Assembly: GCA_963666345.1 (NCBI GenBank)
Contig: OY762721.1
Coordinates: forward strand, 2,688,001-2,752,000
From: Desulfatiglandales bacterium
GTDB taxonomy: Bacteria > Desulfobacterota > DSM-4660 > Desulfatiglandales > Desulfatiglandaceae
Length of the DNA: 64,000 nucleotides
Direction: 5' to 3'
The notes under the pieces are model-generated. The model was not told the DNA's origin. It did not search any database and worked only from the letters and a program-made list of their open reading frames with translations. Every line of letters begins with the position of its first letter. Within the stretch, counting starts at the first letter, position 1. Below are positions 30,085 through 40,064 of this stretch, piece after piece. Both the position numbers and the translations under genes were made by a program.

Positions 30085-30969
30085 ATGCATATTACCAAAA
30101 TATTCAAAAGCCGTTCAATAGCGTACAGCTTTGAGGTTTTCCCCCCGAAATCCAAGGAGGCTTCCGAACAGCTTTTCGCCACCATCAGAGAGCTTTCTCC
30201 GCTTGAACTGGCGTATGTGAGCGTTACATACGGCGCGGGCGGCTCCACCCGTGACCTGACGCACGAGCTGGTCGTTCGGATTCAACAGGAGACCGACCTG
30301 ACGGTGGTGTCTCACCTGACCTGTGTCGGCTCAACCAAGGACGAAATCAGATCGATTCTGGATACCTATGCGGAAAGCGGCATCAAGAATATCCTGGCCC
30401 TTCGCGGGGATCCGCCCATGGGCAAGACCTTTGAGCCGGTTCCGGGAGGTTTCAGCTATGCGGCAGAGCTGGTGGCATTCATCCGCAAGAACTATCCGCA
30501 GATGGGAATCGGTGTGGCAGGCTATCCTGAAGGCCATCCGGAGACACCTAACCGGCTGCTTGAAATCGATTATCTCAAGGCCAAGGTCGATGCCGGCGCC
30601 GATTATATATGCTCTCAGCTTTTTTTCGATAATAACGAGTTCTATGATTTCAGGGAGCGGTGTGAACTGGTAGGAATTGGCATACCAATCGTGGCAGGTA
30701 TCGCCCCGGTTACTTCGGTCAAATTAATGAAACGCATGGCTGAAGTCTCGGCGGGCACCCGCTTTCCGGCTCGTTTCATCAAGGCCCTGCGGCGTGCCGA
30801 AAAACAGGAGCATATGACCAAAGTCGGGATCCACTGGGCAACCGAGCAGGTGCGCGATCTGATAGATCACAATGTCAGCGGCATTCACCTCTATACCCTG
30901 AACAAGTCTAGTGCCACCCGCCAGATCTATGATTCTTTAGGTGTAACAACCACGCGCTACCTTGTGTGA
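30085..30969 (+). CDS. metF: 5,10-methylenetetrahydrofolate reductase
   Basis: SFEVFPPK, SVTYGAGG, HLTC, LALRGDPP, AGYPEGH and QLFFDN motifs. Confidence 0.95.
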   Translation: MHITKIFKSRSIAYSFEVFPPKSKEASEQLFATIRELSPLELAYVSVTYGAGGSTRDLTHELVVRIQQETDLTVVSHLTCVGSTKDEIRSILDTYAESGIKNILALRGDPPMGKTFEPVPGGFSYAAELVAFIRKNYPQMGIGVAGYPEGHPETPNRLLEIDYLKAKVDAGADYICSQLFFDNNEFYDFRERCELVGIGIPIVAGIAPVTSVKLMKRMAEVSAGTRFPARFIKALRRAEKQEHMTKVGIHWATEQVRDLIDHNVSGIHLYTLNKSSATRQIYDSLGVTTTRYLV

Positions 30970-31097
30970 GAGGTAAGTAGAAGGGTTCAAGGATTCAAGG
31001 GGCCAAGGGGTCGAGGTTTCCAGGGAAATGGAGCGAAGCGACTCCACAATTTTAGGCACTTATAATTTTAGTCACTTTAGTCACTCCTGAAACTTTC

Positions 31098-31341
31098 TGA
31101 TATTGAACGGCATAAGGATAATCCAAATTTTAAACAAGGAATCTGGGCTTTGGTTGAAGTAGATATCAGCAAGCTTTCCTTAAAATCAAAACGTATAAAT
31201 ATTACTATGCCTGAAAGATTGATAAGGACGGTAGATCAATACGCGAAAAAGTATGGATCAAGCAGGTCCGGGCTTTTATCTCAGGCAGTTACTGAATATA
31301 TGTCCACTCATCAGGAAAATATCAGCGAACCGGACGCTTGA
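31098..31341 (+). pseudogene. HicB-family antitoxin, C-terminal fragment
   Basis: GIWALVEVD...RINITMPERL...SRSGLL RHH domain; N-terminus replaced by repeat debris. Confidence 0.7.
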
Positions 31342-31400
31342 GTGGACAGTGCTGTAAAACCCGCATGCCCCACAGCCTGGGGTGAGATGGCTCTTAAAAA

Positions 31401-31802
31401 CTATTTTACCCAGTTTTCAATTCTCAGATTCGGAATCCGGTTAAATTCTATTTCATTATTTGTGATGAGAGTGCAAGTTGTTGAAAGGGCATGAGCGGCT
31501 ATTAACATGTCTAAAGAACCAACAGGTGTTGCCTGCCTTTCCAAGTGAACCCTGAGGTCACCGTAGTATTGAGCAGCGTCATCTCCATAAGGCAGGATCT
31601 CCAAAGGGGCAATGAACTGCATCAAAGCCAGTTGGTTCTGCTCAGGCCTTGAGCTCTTGGACACGCCATACATCAGCTCGCTCAGAGTGATTGAAGAGAT
31701 GCCGATTTGTGTGATCTCGGTGTTCAGAAATCGTTCCAATACCGCTTGAGGCTTCTGCTTTATGATATAGATACATATATTTGTATCAAGCATGTATTTC
31801 AT
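31401..31802 (-). CDS. vapC: VapC PIN-domain toxin
   Basis: YMLDTNICIY, ITLSELMYG and DMLIAAHA motifs. Confidence 0.92.
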   Translation of the reverse strand: MKYMLDTNICIYIIKQKPQAVLERFLNTEITQIGISSITLSELMYGVSKSSRPEQNQLALMQFIAPLEILPYGDDAAQYYGDLRVHLERQATPVGSLDMLIAAHALSTTCTLITNNEIEFNRIPNLRIENWVK

Positions 31803-32029
31803 TAGAGACCTTCCCGGGAATCCTGTGCGGGTTGATCTCTGGCATTCATGAAATCATCGGTGAACTGGTCAAGGGACTTGACCAACGAGGACCATGGGTC
31901 ATCCCTTGGCAAAAGCACAACCATCTTGCCGATCTTTTTGATAAAGACGTCATCTCCGGTAAATCTGTAATCCTTCGGCAGCCTTACAGCCTGGCTGCGT
32001 CCGTTGGTAAATATTTTTGCGGTCTGCAT
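31802..32029 (-). CDS. vapB: VapB antitoxin (AbrB fold)
   Basis: TAKIFTNGRSQAVRLPKDYRF. Confidence 0.9.
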   Translation of the reverse strand: MQTAKIFTNGRSQAVRLPKDYRFTGDDVFIKKIGKMVVLLPRDDPWSSLVKSLDQFTDDFMNARDQPAQDSREGL

Positions 32030-32046
32030 GGTCGATACCCCTGTTA

Positions 32047-32204
32047 AGTGCTCATCCATAAGTTAAGATTTATCTGCTCACGCTATCAGTTATCAGCCCT
32101 CAGCCTTCAGTAAAATATATGGAGTATCAATTCTCGGCCCACTTGCTGACAGCTAACGGCTGAAAGCCTTTATCCGGAAATAGGCCATTTCCTGATGGCC
32201 ACCA
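32047..32204. mobile_element. Family-2 MITE-like element
   Basis: AGTGCTCATCC...GATGGCCACCA; GCTATCAGTTATCAGCCCTCAGCCTTCAG and GCTGACAGCTAACGGCTGAAAGC. Confidence 0.65.
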
Positions 32205-32413
32205 ATTCATATTAATAGATATCATAGTATATATCATTCACATTATGTTGTAAATATCTTGAATGAATCAAATCAGCAGAACCGATCGCCTGTACTGTCC
32301 CTGAGGACCGGACAGCACTGTTCACCGTTATGCTCAAAACTGTAAACAGATCTTGCAATTTACACCTGGAATGTATACATATGTATTACAAATAAATACA
32401 GAGGAGACAATGT

Positions 32414-32632
32414 ATGAGCAAGGCATTATCAGTAAGAATCACCGAAGAACTTGCCTTAAAACTATCTGAAATCGCGGAAGAAACCGAACGTCCCAAATCA
32501 TTTCACGTTCAAAAGGCATTGGAAGCCTATCTGTCTGAAATAGCAGATTTACAGGTCGCCTATGATCGGCTGCATGATACAACTGATCCGGTAATCTCTA
32601 TTGAAGATATGAGGGAAGAATTTGAACTATAA
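32414..32632 (+). CDS. RHH antitoxin (RelB/CopG-like)
   Basis: LSVRI...TERPKSF...ALEAYL; overlaps the relE start. Confidence 0.8.
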   Translation: MSKALSVRITEELALKLSEIAEETERPKSFHVQKALEAYLSEIADLQVAYDRLHDTTDPVISIEDMREEFEL

Positions 32633-32891
32633 GGTTGCCTTCAAGAAATCCGTTTCTCGTGATCTCAAAAAAATAGACAAGGAACAGGTCAAAAGGATTT
32701 TAGATAAGATTGAAGTTGAACTTCCCGGAAAGGCTGAGACTTTGCCGGTGTTGACCGGAAGATTTTCAGGGCTTAGAAAATTCAGGGTCAAAGACTTCAG
32801 GGTAATTTTTTCCATCTTAGGCGATACTGCTCTCATTTTGAGGATAGGGCATCGAAAAGAAGTATACAGATCAAACATAACCTCTAACTGA
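32622..32891 (+). CDS. RelE/ParE-family toxin
   Basis: YKVAFKKSVSRDLKKI...LRKFRVKDFRVIF...IGHRKEVY. Confidence 0.88.
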   Translation: MNYKVAFKKSVSRDLKKIDKEQVKRILDKIEVELPGKAETLPVLTGRFSGLRKFRVKDFRVIFSILGDTALILRIGHRKEVYRSNITSN

Positions 32892-32906
32892 ACAAGACCT
32901 CTGAAT

Positions 32907-33232
32907 GGGGGTCAATGGGGGTCAAGTCTGCCTTTGACCTTTGAGAATAAATTCCCCGAAAGCATTTTACCATGTCTCGCTGTTACAAGATAAAGTTTGT
33001 TCTGAACTTTTAAATTTTGGTTGGAAAAAAGTTATCGAGACGACATTGAAAAGATTCGGCATCAAGGCAAAGAGGAGGAAGATTGTCGGTAGTGAAAGAA
33101 GCTCTGTTTTCAGAGATCCGGCGGTCTCTTATATTGCCAATTTAAATCCCGAAATTGGCCTTTTAAGGTCTGAGGGCACTTATTTTTGGAACGATAGTGT
33201 TTAAAAATCGGCATGTTGGCTTAGCCGACCCC
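32907..33232 (+). pseudogene. Internally deleted REP-associated tyrosine transposase (RAYT-like) remnant
   Basis: LRINSPKAFYHV N-terminus fused to a ...YFWND C-terminus; GGGGTC and GACCCC ends. Confidence 0.55.
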
Positions 33233-33278
33233 AATCCAAACAATCCAAAGACATAACCAGGATAAAAGGAGGTATGTC

Positions 33279-34316
33279 ATGCGGGGAGTGGTATTTTTAG
33301 GAAACAAGAAAATGGAGTTGGGGGAGATTCCCGATCCGAAAGTAAGAGAAGGGGATGTATTGGTACGGGTAAAAGCCAGCGCAATATGCGGAAGCGAAAT
33401 GGAGACCTTTGTTCCCCCAAAAGGCCTTCCCTGGAAGGGGAACCCGGGGCATGAGGTAATGGGCATCATCGAGGATCCCAACGGTTCAAAACGCTTTCGA
33501 AAGGGAGATCGAGTTGGCGTTTCAACGCTCCAGGGTTGCGGAAACTGTTCCTGGTGCTTACAGGGAAAACAGATTTTCTGTAACAAGGTCAGAGGGATCA
33601 GAAACGCCCACAGCGAGTACGTGGTATCCAAAGAGATATGGCTTCACCCCCTCGATGACGATATAACTGATGGTGTAGCAGTGCTTCTTTCCGGTGACGG
33701 GATGGGTGTGCCTTATGGTGCCAGTATCAGAAGCGGGGTGGCTCCGGGTGAAATTACCTGCGTGTTTGGGACGGGCCCAGTTGGATTAGGGATGACATTG
33801 TTTCAAACCTATTTGGGGGCACGTGTCATAGCGGTTGATATAAACCCACTCGCGCTTGAGCGTGCGAAACAACTGGGCGCATGGAAGACCATAAATCCCA
33901 AAGAGACGAAAGACCTGAAGTCCGCAATATTGGACCTGACATTCGGCCTGGGACCCAACAAAAGTTTCGATGCTATCTCCATGGGCAACCAGGAGTTGTT
34001 TCACACAATGTTGGACGTCACAATGCCGGGAGGCACGGTGGTGACGGTCGCACATGGCGACCATGGGATAGACCATGTCCGGGAGCGGCTTTCCTTCCAC
34101 CTGGACCCGGCCAAAAAAGAAATTTGGGGTAGGAACCTCACCGTGCTGGGTAACTGGATGTGCAATTTCAGTGAATGGTCAGACATGGTGGCCTTGGTCA
34201 GAAACGGCTTTCAGATAGACCGCATCATCACCAACCAGTTTCCAATCGAAGCGGCGGATGAGGCATATCGCCGGGTTTCAGAGGGACTGGAGGGAAAGGT
34301 GATACTGACTCAGTAG
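33279..34316 (+). CDS. Zinc-dependent alcohol dehydrogenase (MDR family)
   Basis: ICGSE, GHE, CGNCSWC...C and GTGPVG motifs. Confidence 0.9.
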   Translation: MRGVVFLGNKKMELGEIPDPKVREGDVLVRVKASAICGSEMETFVPPKGLPWKGNPGHEVMGIIEDPNGSKRFRKGDRVGVSTLQGCGNCSWCLQGKQIFCNKVRGIRNAHSEYVVSKEIWLHPLDDDITDGVAVLLSGDGMGVPYGASIRSGVAPGEITCVFGTGPVGLGMTLFQTYLGARVIAVDINPLALERAKQLGAWKTINPKETKDLKSAILDLTFGLGPNKSFDAISMGNQELFHTMLDVTMPGGTVVTVAHGDHGIDHVRERLSFHLDPAKKEIWGRNLTVLGNWMCNFSEWSDMVALVRNGFQIDRIITNQFPIEAADEAYRRVSEGLEGKVILTQ

Positions 34317-34548
34317 GGACGAACAGACGCCTGCCCCGGAATGTGGGATGTTGGGATGTGGGCCGGGCGACGATAACCATTATGAACTAATTTGGAAAGA
34401 AGTCCAAAAAGGGCCAAAATATGGGCTATACAGGCGTCAAAAACAGGTATTTTTGGAATAATTATCATGCATAATTAACAGGTTGTCGTGGCGACCCCAA
34501 GTACACACTAAACGGTATCGAGTTGATCAGGTCTCATAAAACAGCAAA

Positions 34549-36177
34549 ATGTCAAATAAAATTAGAATTAAGAAAAAAAAAGGGTCACTTGCGAAACAGC
34601 AGCAGAAAAAGTATTTGCTCCGGAGCAAGACATTTCAAAAAGAACTTCAATTAGCAGCAAAGTACCTTCATGCTAAACAACCGACCAAGGCAGCAAATAC
34701 CTATTACAGAATTCTCATTCACGATCCTCAGCATCTTCAAGCTAATTACTTTCTGGGCCGGTTGTTCCATCGGGCAGGGCGTAGTGACTTAGGCATACCC
34801 TACCTGAAAAAGGTAATAGAATTGCAGCCAGAATATATTGACGCCCAGCTCGCCTTGAGTGATATGCTCAGGAGCATGGGTCGATCGAAGGAATCTCTTA
34901 ATATTCTAAAAGCACTTACTAAACAGGAACCCAGAGAAGCAAAAGTTTTTTTTGCCCTTGGCAGGCTATATCAACAACTGGGAAAATTTGAAGAAGCTGT
35001 TGCAAACTTCAAATGTGTACTCACCCTTAACCCCAAAATGGTTCACGCTTTAACAAGTCAAGGGAGAATTTATGCCGCCCAAGGCGAGACCATTACGGCT
35101 TTGCAGCTTTTTCGACGGGCACTTGCAATAAGGCCCGGCTTCGGAGAGGCGCACTACGGCATAGCATTATTGCAAAAACACGATAATTACTCGGATGACA
35201 TCCATTTTATGGAGGAGGCGTACTCCAAAAGAAGCAAAAGCGAGGAAGACAAAATATATCTGTGCTTTGCACTTGGAAAAATTTTTGACGATCTCAAGCA
35301 GTATGACAAAGCATTCCACTTTTTTTCCGAAGGGAACAAACGAAAACGAGAATCATTTCCAGCACCATACTCAATAGCTCAAGAAGTGAGTCATTTTAGC
35401 AAGATCAAAAAAGCCTTCGACAGCAAATTTATAACTAAAACTAAACAAATAGGCGTTGAATCTCCCTGTCCCATTTTTATTATCGGTCTGCCACGCTCCG
35501 GAACCAGTTTAGTTGAACAGATACTGGCAAGCCATTCACTCGTGTGCGGTGCAGGAGAATTGCAGGATATCAATATACTCGTAAAAATAATATCAGTAAT
35601 ATCCGGAAATTCTTTCCCTGAAGGGGTTGAAAAACTTAACGACGACAACTGGCGTAAACTTGCTGACAATTACCTCGACAGTCTCAAAGGAAAAGGCACA
35701 GAGCCTTATATTACCGATAAGATGCCTCACAATTTCAGGTATGTAGGAATGATCAGCGCCCTCTTTCCTAAAGCAAAAATCATCCATTGTCGGCGTGCCC
35801 CCTTGGCTACTCTTTTTTCAATTTTCAGGCAACATTTCTCCATGTCACATGGTTATGCTTCAGACCTCAAGGAACTTGGTGAGTACTACTTGTTGTACCA
35901 GGATCTGATGGCATATTGGGAGCAATTGCTACCTGCGCGGCTCTACAACTTGCAATACGAGGAATTGGTGAATAACCCTGAAGAAGAAATCAGGAAATTG
36001 CTTTCCCATTGCGGCCTACAGTTTGAGGAAGAATGTCTCTCTTTTTTTAAAAACAAACGATCCGTCAGCACCCCTAGTGCCTCGCAGGTTCGGCAACCTA
36101 TATACAAAACTGCTGTCGAACATTGGCAACATTATGAAGGGCAATTATCGCCTTTGAAACACGCTTTGAGGAAATGA
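34549..36177 (+). CDS. TPR-repeat sulfotransferase-family protein
   Basis: TPR repeats, then PIFIIGLPRSGTSLVEQILASH, DKMPHN and TPSASQVRQPIY. Confidence 0.9.
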   Translation: MSNKIRIKKKKGSLAKQQQKKYLLRSKTFQKELQLAAKYLHAKQPTKAANTYYRILIHDPQHLQANYFLGRLFHRAGRSDLGIPYLKKVIELQPEYIDAQLALSDMLRSMGRSKESLNILKALTKQEPREAKVFFALGRLYQQLGKFEEAVANFKCVLTLNPKMVHALTSQGRIYAAQGETITALQLFRRALAIRPGFGEAHYGIALLQKHDNYSDDIHFMEEAYSKRSKSEEDKIYLCFALGKIFDDLKQYDKAFHFFSEGNKRKRESFPAPYSIAQEVSHFSKIKKAFDSKFITKTKQIGVESPCPIFIIGLPRSGTSLVEQILASHSLVCGAGELQDINILVKIISVISGNSFPEGVEKLNDDNWRKLADNYLDSLKGKGTEPYITDKMPHNFRYVGMISALFPKAKIIHCRRAPLATLFSIFRQHFSMSHGYASDLKELGEYYLLYQDLMAYWEQLLPARLYNLQYEELVNNPEEEIRKLLSHCGLQFEEECLSFFKNKRSVSTPSASQVRQPIYKTAVEHWQHYEGQLSPLKHALRK

Positions 36178-36579
36178 GATGTTGCTTTGGTTCGGGGTCC
36201 GGTAAGATTTTGAAATAATTCAGAAAGAAGTCCGGAAAGGACAAAAATACGGGCCTATATTGCTGAGATGGTATTGTGAGATGGGGGTCGGATATTTACT
36301 CTTATCACTTATTTTCACTTCACTTCTATATTATCGTCCCGATAAAGGGAATTCTTATCATTTCACTGATTCTCAATCAGGAACTGCCGGTTCTTCATTG
36401 AAGGCTAATCGGAATTTATATTTCTTATCCTGAAATAACGCGTAATTTAAGAAGGTTACCGTTAAAAAAATCTGAAAGGATGCTGTATCAAAAAGAACGG
36501 CATGGGCTGTCGGAACTTAATATTCCTTCTGCCTGGGCATGATAGATATTATTGTAGTTAATTCAAAGGGTTGTGTTGT

Positions 36580-36595
36580 TGGCATAATATATGCT
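36580..36595 (+). promoter_or_regulatory. sigma54 promoter of the KamA operon
   Basis: TGGCATAATATATGCT (GG-N10-GC). Confidence 0.65.
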
Positions 36596-36667
36596 TTCAA
36601 GAAAAAACAAAGCAACCTGAAAAAGATCTTGTGTGATTAATTATTTTTAGAAAGGGGAATACGATAA

Positions 36668-38023
36668 ATGATAAAAACAGGGGTGTCCGAAACAGAATCT
36701 TCAGAGCCTCCTAGTTGGCGGGCTAAAGCGAATTCAGAAACAGAGAAGAAATCAGAAAACAGAAACGCGGTTTCTGGAAACACTCTCAGGATTGTTTCCT
36801 TGCCTCACAAATTATCTTCACGAGCACCGGGCCCCAGCAAGCGCACATCAGCGTACAGGAAAAAATATTACCCCCACGTCACCAGGGATGAATGGAACGA
36901 CTGGAACTGGCAGTTAAAAAACCGTATCAGGGATCTGGAAGGCCTTTGCCGAATAATAAACCCTTCCCCTGATGAGCAAAAGGCCATTCGCGAAATAAAG
37001 AAAAAGATCCCGTTCGCTATCACGCCCTATTATGCAAGCCTTCTTGAAAGGGACAACCCTGATCAGCCCCTTAGACGAACTGTAGTGCCTGTTACGGCCG
37101 AACATATTCTTTCAAGCGGCGAAAAGGAAGATCCCCTTGGCGAAGAAAAGGACAGTCCTGTGAACGGGCTGGTTCACAGGTATCCGGACCGGGTCCTTTT
37201 TCTGGTTACGGATTTCTGCTCCACCTATTGCAGGTATTGTACGAGATCAAGGATGGTGGGGGACAACAAGGGGACTTTGAGCAACAGGGCTCAGTGGGAA
37301 AAGGCTCTGGCCTATATCGAGGAAACACCTTCAGTGCGGGATGTCCTTCTATCCGGAGGAGATCCCCTGACCCTGCCTGATGAAAAACTGGAATGGCTTC
37401 TTTCACGGCTGCGCAGAATCGAACATGTGGAATTCATTCGCATCGGCACAAAGGTCCCTGTTGTGCTGCCCCAGAGGATCACTCCTGCATTGACCCGAAT
37501 GCTGAAAAAATATCATCCCCTGTGGATGAGTATTCATTTTACACACCCTGATGAATTGACAGGGGAAACAATCCGGGCCTGTCAGCGTCTAGCCGATGCC
37601 GGCATTCCCCTTGGAAGCCAGACGGTCCTAATGTCCGGGATAAATGATAATATTGAAACCATGAAAAAACTGTTTCACGGCCTTTTGAAGATTCGTGTCA
37701 AGCCCTATTACCTTTATCAGTGTGATCCAATTCCGGGTTCGAGCCATTTTAGAACCCCTGTGAGCAAGGGGCTTGAGATCATTCAGGGGCTGAGGGGGTT
37801 TACAAGCGGCTATGCCGTGCCCAGCTATGTAATAGACGCACCCGGGGGCGGAGGAAAGATTCCGCTGCTGCCCGACTACAGGGTGGGCATCAAGGGTGAT
37901 GAACTGCTTTTAAGGAATTACCGCGGCGAGATTTACAGCTACCCTGATTCCGGAGAAAACTCATGCCGAAGTCCCCATCCGGATTTTTGCCTTGAAAACC
38001 ATGCGGAAGGGGCGCTGCAATGA
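36668..38023 (+). CDS. KamA-family radical SAM aminomutase (lysine 2,3-aminomutase-like)
   Basis: HRYPDRVL, CSTYCRYC, LLSGGDPL, YQCD and DAPGGGGKIP motifs. Confidence 0.92.
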   Translation: MIKTGVSETESSEPPSWRAKANSETEKKSENRNAVSGNTLRIVSLPHKLSSRAPGPSKRTSAYRKKYYPHVTRDEWNDWNWQLKNRIRDLEGLCRIINPSPDEQKAIREIKKKIPFAITPYYASLLERDNPDQPLRRTVVPVTAEHILSSGEKEDPLGEEKDSPVNGLVHRYPDRVLFLVTDFCSTYCRYCTRSRMVGDNKGTLSNRAQWEKALAYIEETPSVRDVLLSGGDPLTLPDEKLEWLLSRLRRIEHVEFIRIGTKVPVVLPQRITPALTRMLKKYHPLWMSIHFTHPDELTGETIRACQRLADAGIPLGSQTVLMSGINDNIETMKKLFHGLLKIRVKPYYLYQCDPIPGSSHFRTPVSKGLEIIQGLRGFTSGYAVPSYVIDAPGGGGKIPLLPDYRVGIKGDELLLRNYRGEIYSYPDSGENSCRSPHPDFCLENHAEGALQ

Positions 38024-39030
38024 AGATCGGAATAACATATGATCTGCAGGATGACTACCTGGCCGCGGGGTTCAGTGAAGAGGATGCTGCTGAATTTGAT
38101 CGTCCGGATACCATAGCGGGAATTAAGGATGCCCTGCAGGGGCTCGGCTATACCACAGACCCCATAGGCAACGTCCTGAGGCTTACGGAAAGGCTTGCAA
38201 GGGGGGAGCGTTGGGACATGGTTTTCAATATTGCCGAGGGGGTTCATGGGTTCGGGCGGGAGGCGCAGGTGCCGGCCCTGCTTGATGCCTATAATATTCC
38301 CTATACATTTTCCGATCCCATGGTTCTTTCCCTGACCCTTCACAAGGGCATGACAAAACATGTGCTGAGGGATCTGGGGATTCCGACACCGGAGTTTGCC
38401 CTGGTGAAGGATATGAAATCACTGAACAGGGTCGATCTGGCTTTTCCGGTCTTTGCCAAACCTGTTGCAGAAGGTACGGGAAAGGGAATTGACCGTGCTT
38501 CAAAGATAGAAAAAAGGGAGAATATGGCAGACGTATGCAGGAAGCTACTGGAAATACACAGACAGCCTGTTCTGCTCGAAACATTCCTGCCGGGCCGAGA
38601 GTTTACAGTCGGTATTACCGGGACCGGTGAAAGGTCTGAAGCCGTTGGTGTCATGGAGATTTTGCTCGTAAAGGAGGCAGAGCCTGATATCTATTCCTTT
38701 TTAAACAAAAAAAAATTTGAGGACCGGGTAAAGTATATCCTTGTGGATGATGATGAGGCGCAAAAGGCCGCCCTGGCGGCCCTTAATGCCTGGCAATGCC
38801 TCGGGTGCAGGGACGGGGGAAGGGTGGATCTCCGGTCCGATGAAAAGGGAGTGCCCCATTTTCTTGAAGTGAACCCGCTTGCCGGACTTAACCCGGAAAT
38901 TTCCGATCTTCCAATACTGTGCAGGCTTGCAGGCATGGACTTCAGGGAACTGATCGCAAGGATCATGGAATCGGCCCTGGAAAGGGTTTCCCCAGCTAGG
39001 CAGCCGTCCTTCCGGCATTTTCCAGAATGA
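38020..39030 (+). CDS. D-Ala-D-Ala ligase-like ATP-grasp enzyme 1
   Basis: VFNIAEG, KPVAEGTGKGI, GREFTVG, RVDLR and LEVNPLAGL motifs. Confidence 0.88.
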   Translation: MKIGITYDLQDDYLAAGFSEEDAAEFDRPDTIAGIKDALQGLGYTTDPIGNVLRLTERLARGERWDMVFNIAEGVHGFGREAQVPALLDAYNIPYTFSDPMVLSLTLHKGMTKHVLRDLGIPTPEFALVKDMKSLNRVDLAFPVFAKPVAEGTGKGIDRASKIEKRENMADVCRKLLEIHRQPVLLETFLPGREFTVGITGTGERSEAVGVMEILLVKEAEPDIYSFLNKKKFEDRVKYILVDDDEAQKAALAALNAWQCLGCRDGGRVDLRSDEKGVPHFLEVNPLAGLNPEISDLPILCRLAGMDFRELIARIMESALERVSPARQPSFRHFPE

Positions 39031-39047
39031 AAGCATAAAATATTACA

Positions 39048-40064
39048 ATGAGAATCGCAATTCTATATGACCGTATCTCCGATGAGGCCGGTCCGGATCA
39101 GGCAGATTCCTTGATCCAGGCCAATGCCGTGGAAGATGCCTTAAGAGCTTTTGGCCACCTTTGCCGGCAGTTTTCATTTTCCCTTGATGTCAAATCCTTT
39201 ATGGAATCCCTGAAGGAATGGAAACCGGACCTGGTATTTAACCTTCTGGAGTCGGTGGAAGGGGCCGGGCGGCTTATCCATCTTGCCCCTTCAATACTTG
39301 ACTTTTCAGGGATACCCTATTCAGGGTCATCTAGTGAGGCACTCTATATTACATCCAATAAACTGCTGTCCAAAAGGCTTATGGCAGGGGCGGGTATAGA
39401 AACCCCCGGGTCCTTTACGTTCCCTGAGGCGTCGGGCCGGCAATTCTCCCTGAAGGGCCGCTATATTATAAAGTCTCTATGGGAACATGCCTCAGTGGGG
39501 ATCGGGGAAGAATCGGTTTTCTCGGCCGGAAATACCGGTCAGCTTGCCGGGGAGATCCAAGGGAGCATAGAACGGCTTGGATCGGATTGCTTTGCAGAGC
39601 AATATATTGAAGGAAGAGAATTCAACATTTCCCTTATTGCAGGAGAAAGGGGCGTCATTCCCCTTCCCGCGGCTGAAATCCTGTTTAACGGTTATCCCGA
39701 TGAAAAGGTCAGGATAGTTTGTTACAAGGCAAAGTGGGACCATGGTTCCTTTGAGTACAGGCACACCAACCGCACATTTGATTTTCCTAAGGAGGATGAA
39801 GCACTCCTTGAGAAGCTGGAGGATATCTCCGAAAGGTGCTGGAACCTTTTCGGTTTAAATGGATATGCAAGGGTGGATTTCAGGGTAGACAAGGAAAACA
39901 GGCCCTGGGTTCTTGAGGTAAATGCAAACCCGTGCCTTTCTCCTGATGCAGGATTTGCCGCGGCAGCATTCAAGGCCGGAATGGATTATAAAGGGATCAT
40001 TGATTTTATTCTATGTGACAGCTTTAATCATCCGGTTAAGGACATGAGAGTAAACAGCATATGA
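39048..40064 (+). CDS. D-Ala-D-Ala ligase-like ATP-grasp enzyme 2
   Basis: VFNLLES, EHASVGI, EGREFNI, YARVDFR and LEVNANPCL motifs. Confidence 0.88.
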   Translation: MRIAILYDRISDEAGPDQADSLIQANAVEDALRAFGHLCRQFSFSLDVKSFMESLKEWKPDLVFNLLESVEGAGRLIHLAPSILDFSGIPYSGSSSEALYITSNKLLSKRLMAGAGIETPGSFTFPEASGRQFSLKGRYIIKSLWEHASVGIGEESVFSAGNTGQLAGEIQGSIERLGSDCFAEQYIEGREFNISLIAGERGVIPLPAAEILFNGYPDEKVRIVCYKAKWDHGSFEYRHTNRTFDFPKEDEALLEKLEDISERCWNLFGLNGYARVDFRVDKENRPWVLEVNANPCLSPDAGFAAAAFKAGMDYKGIIDFILCDSFNHPVKDMRVNSI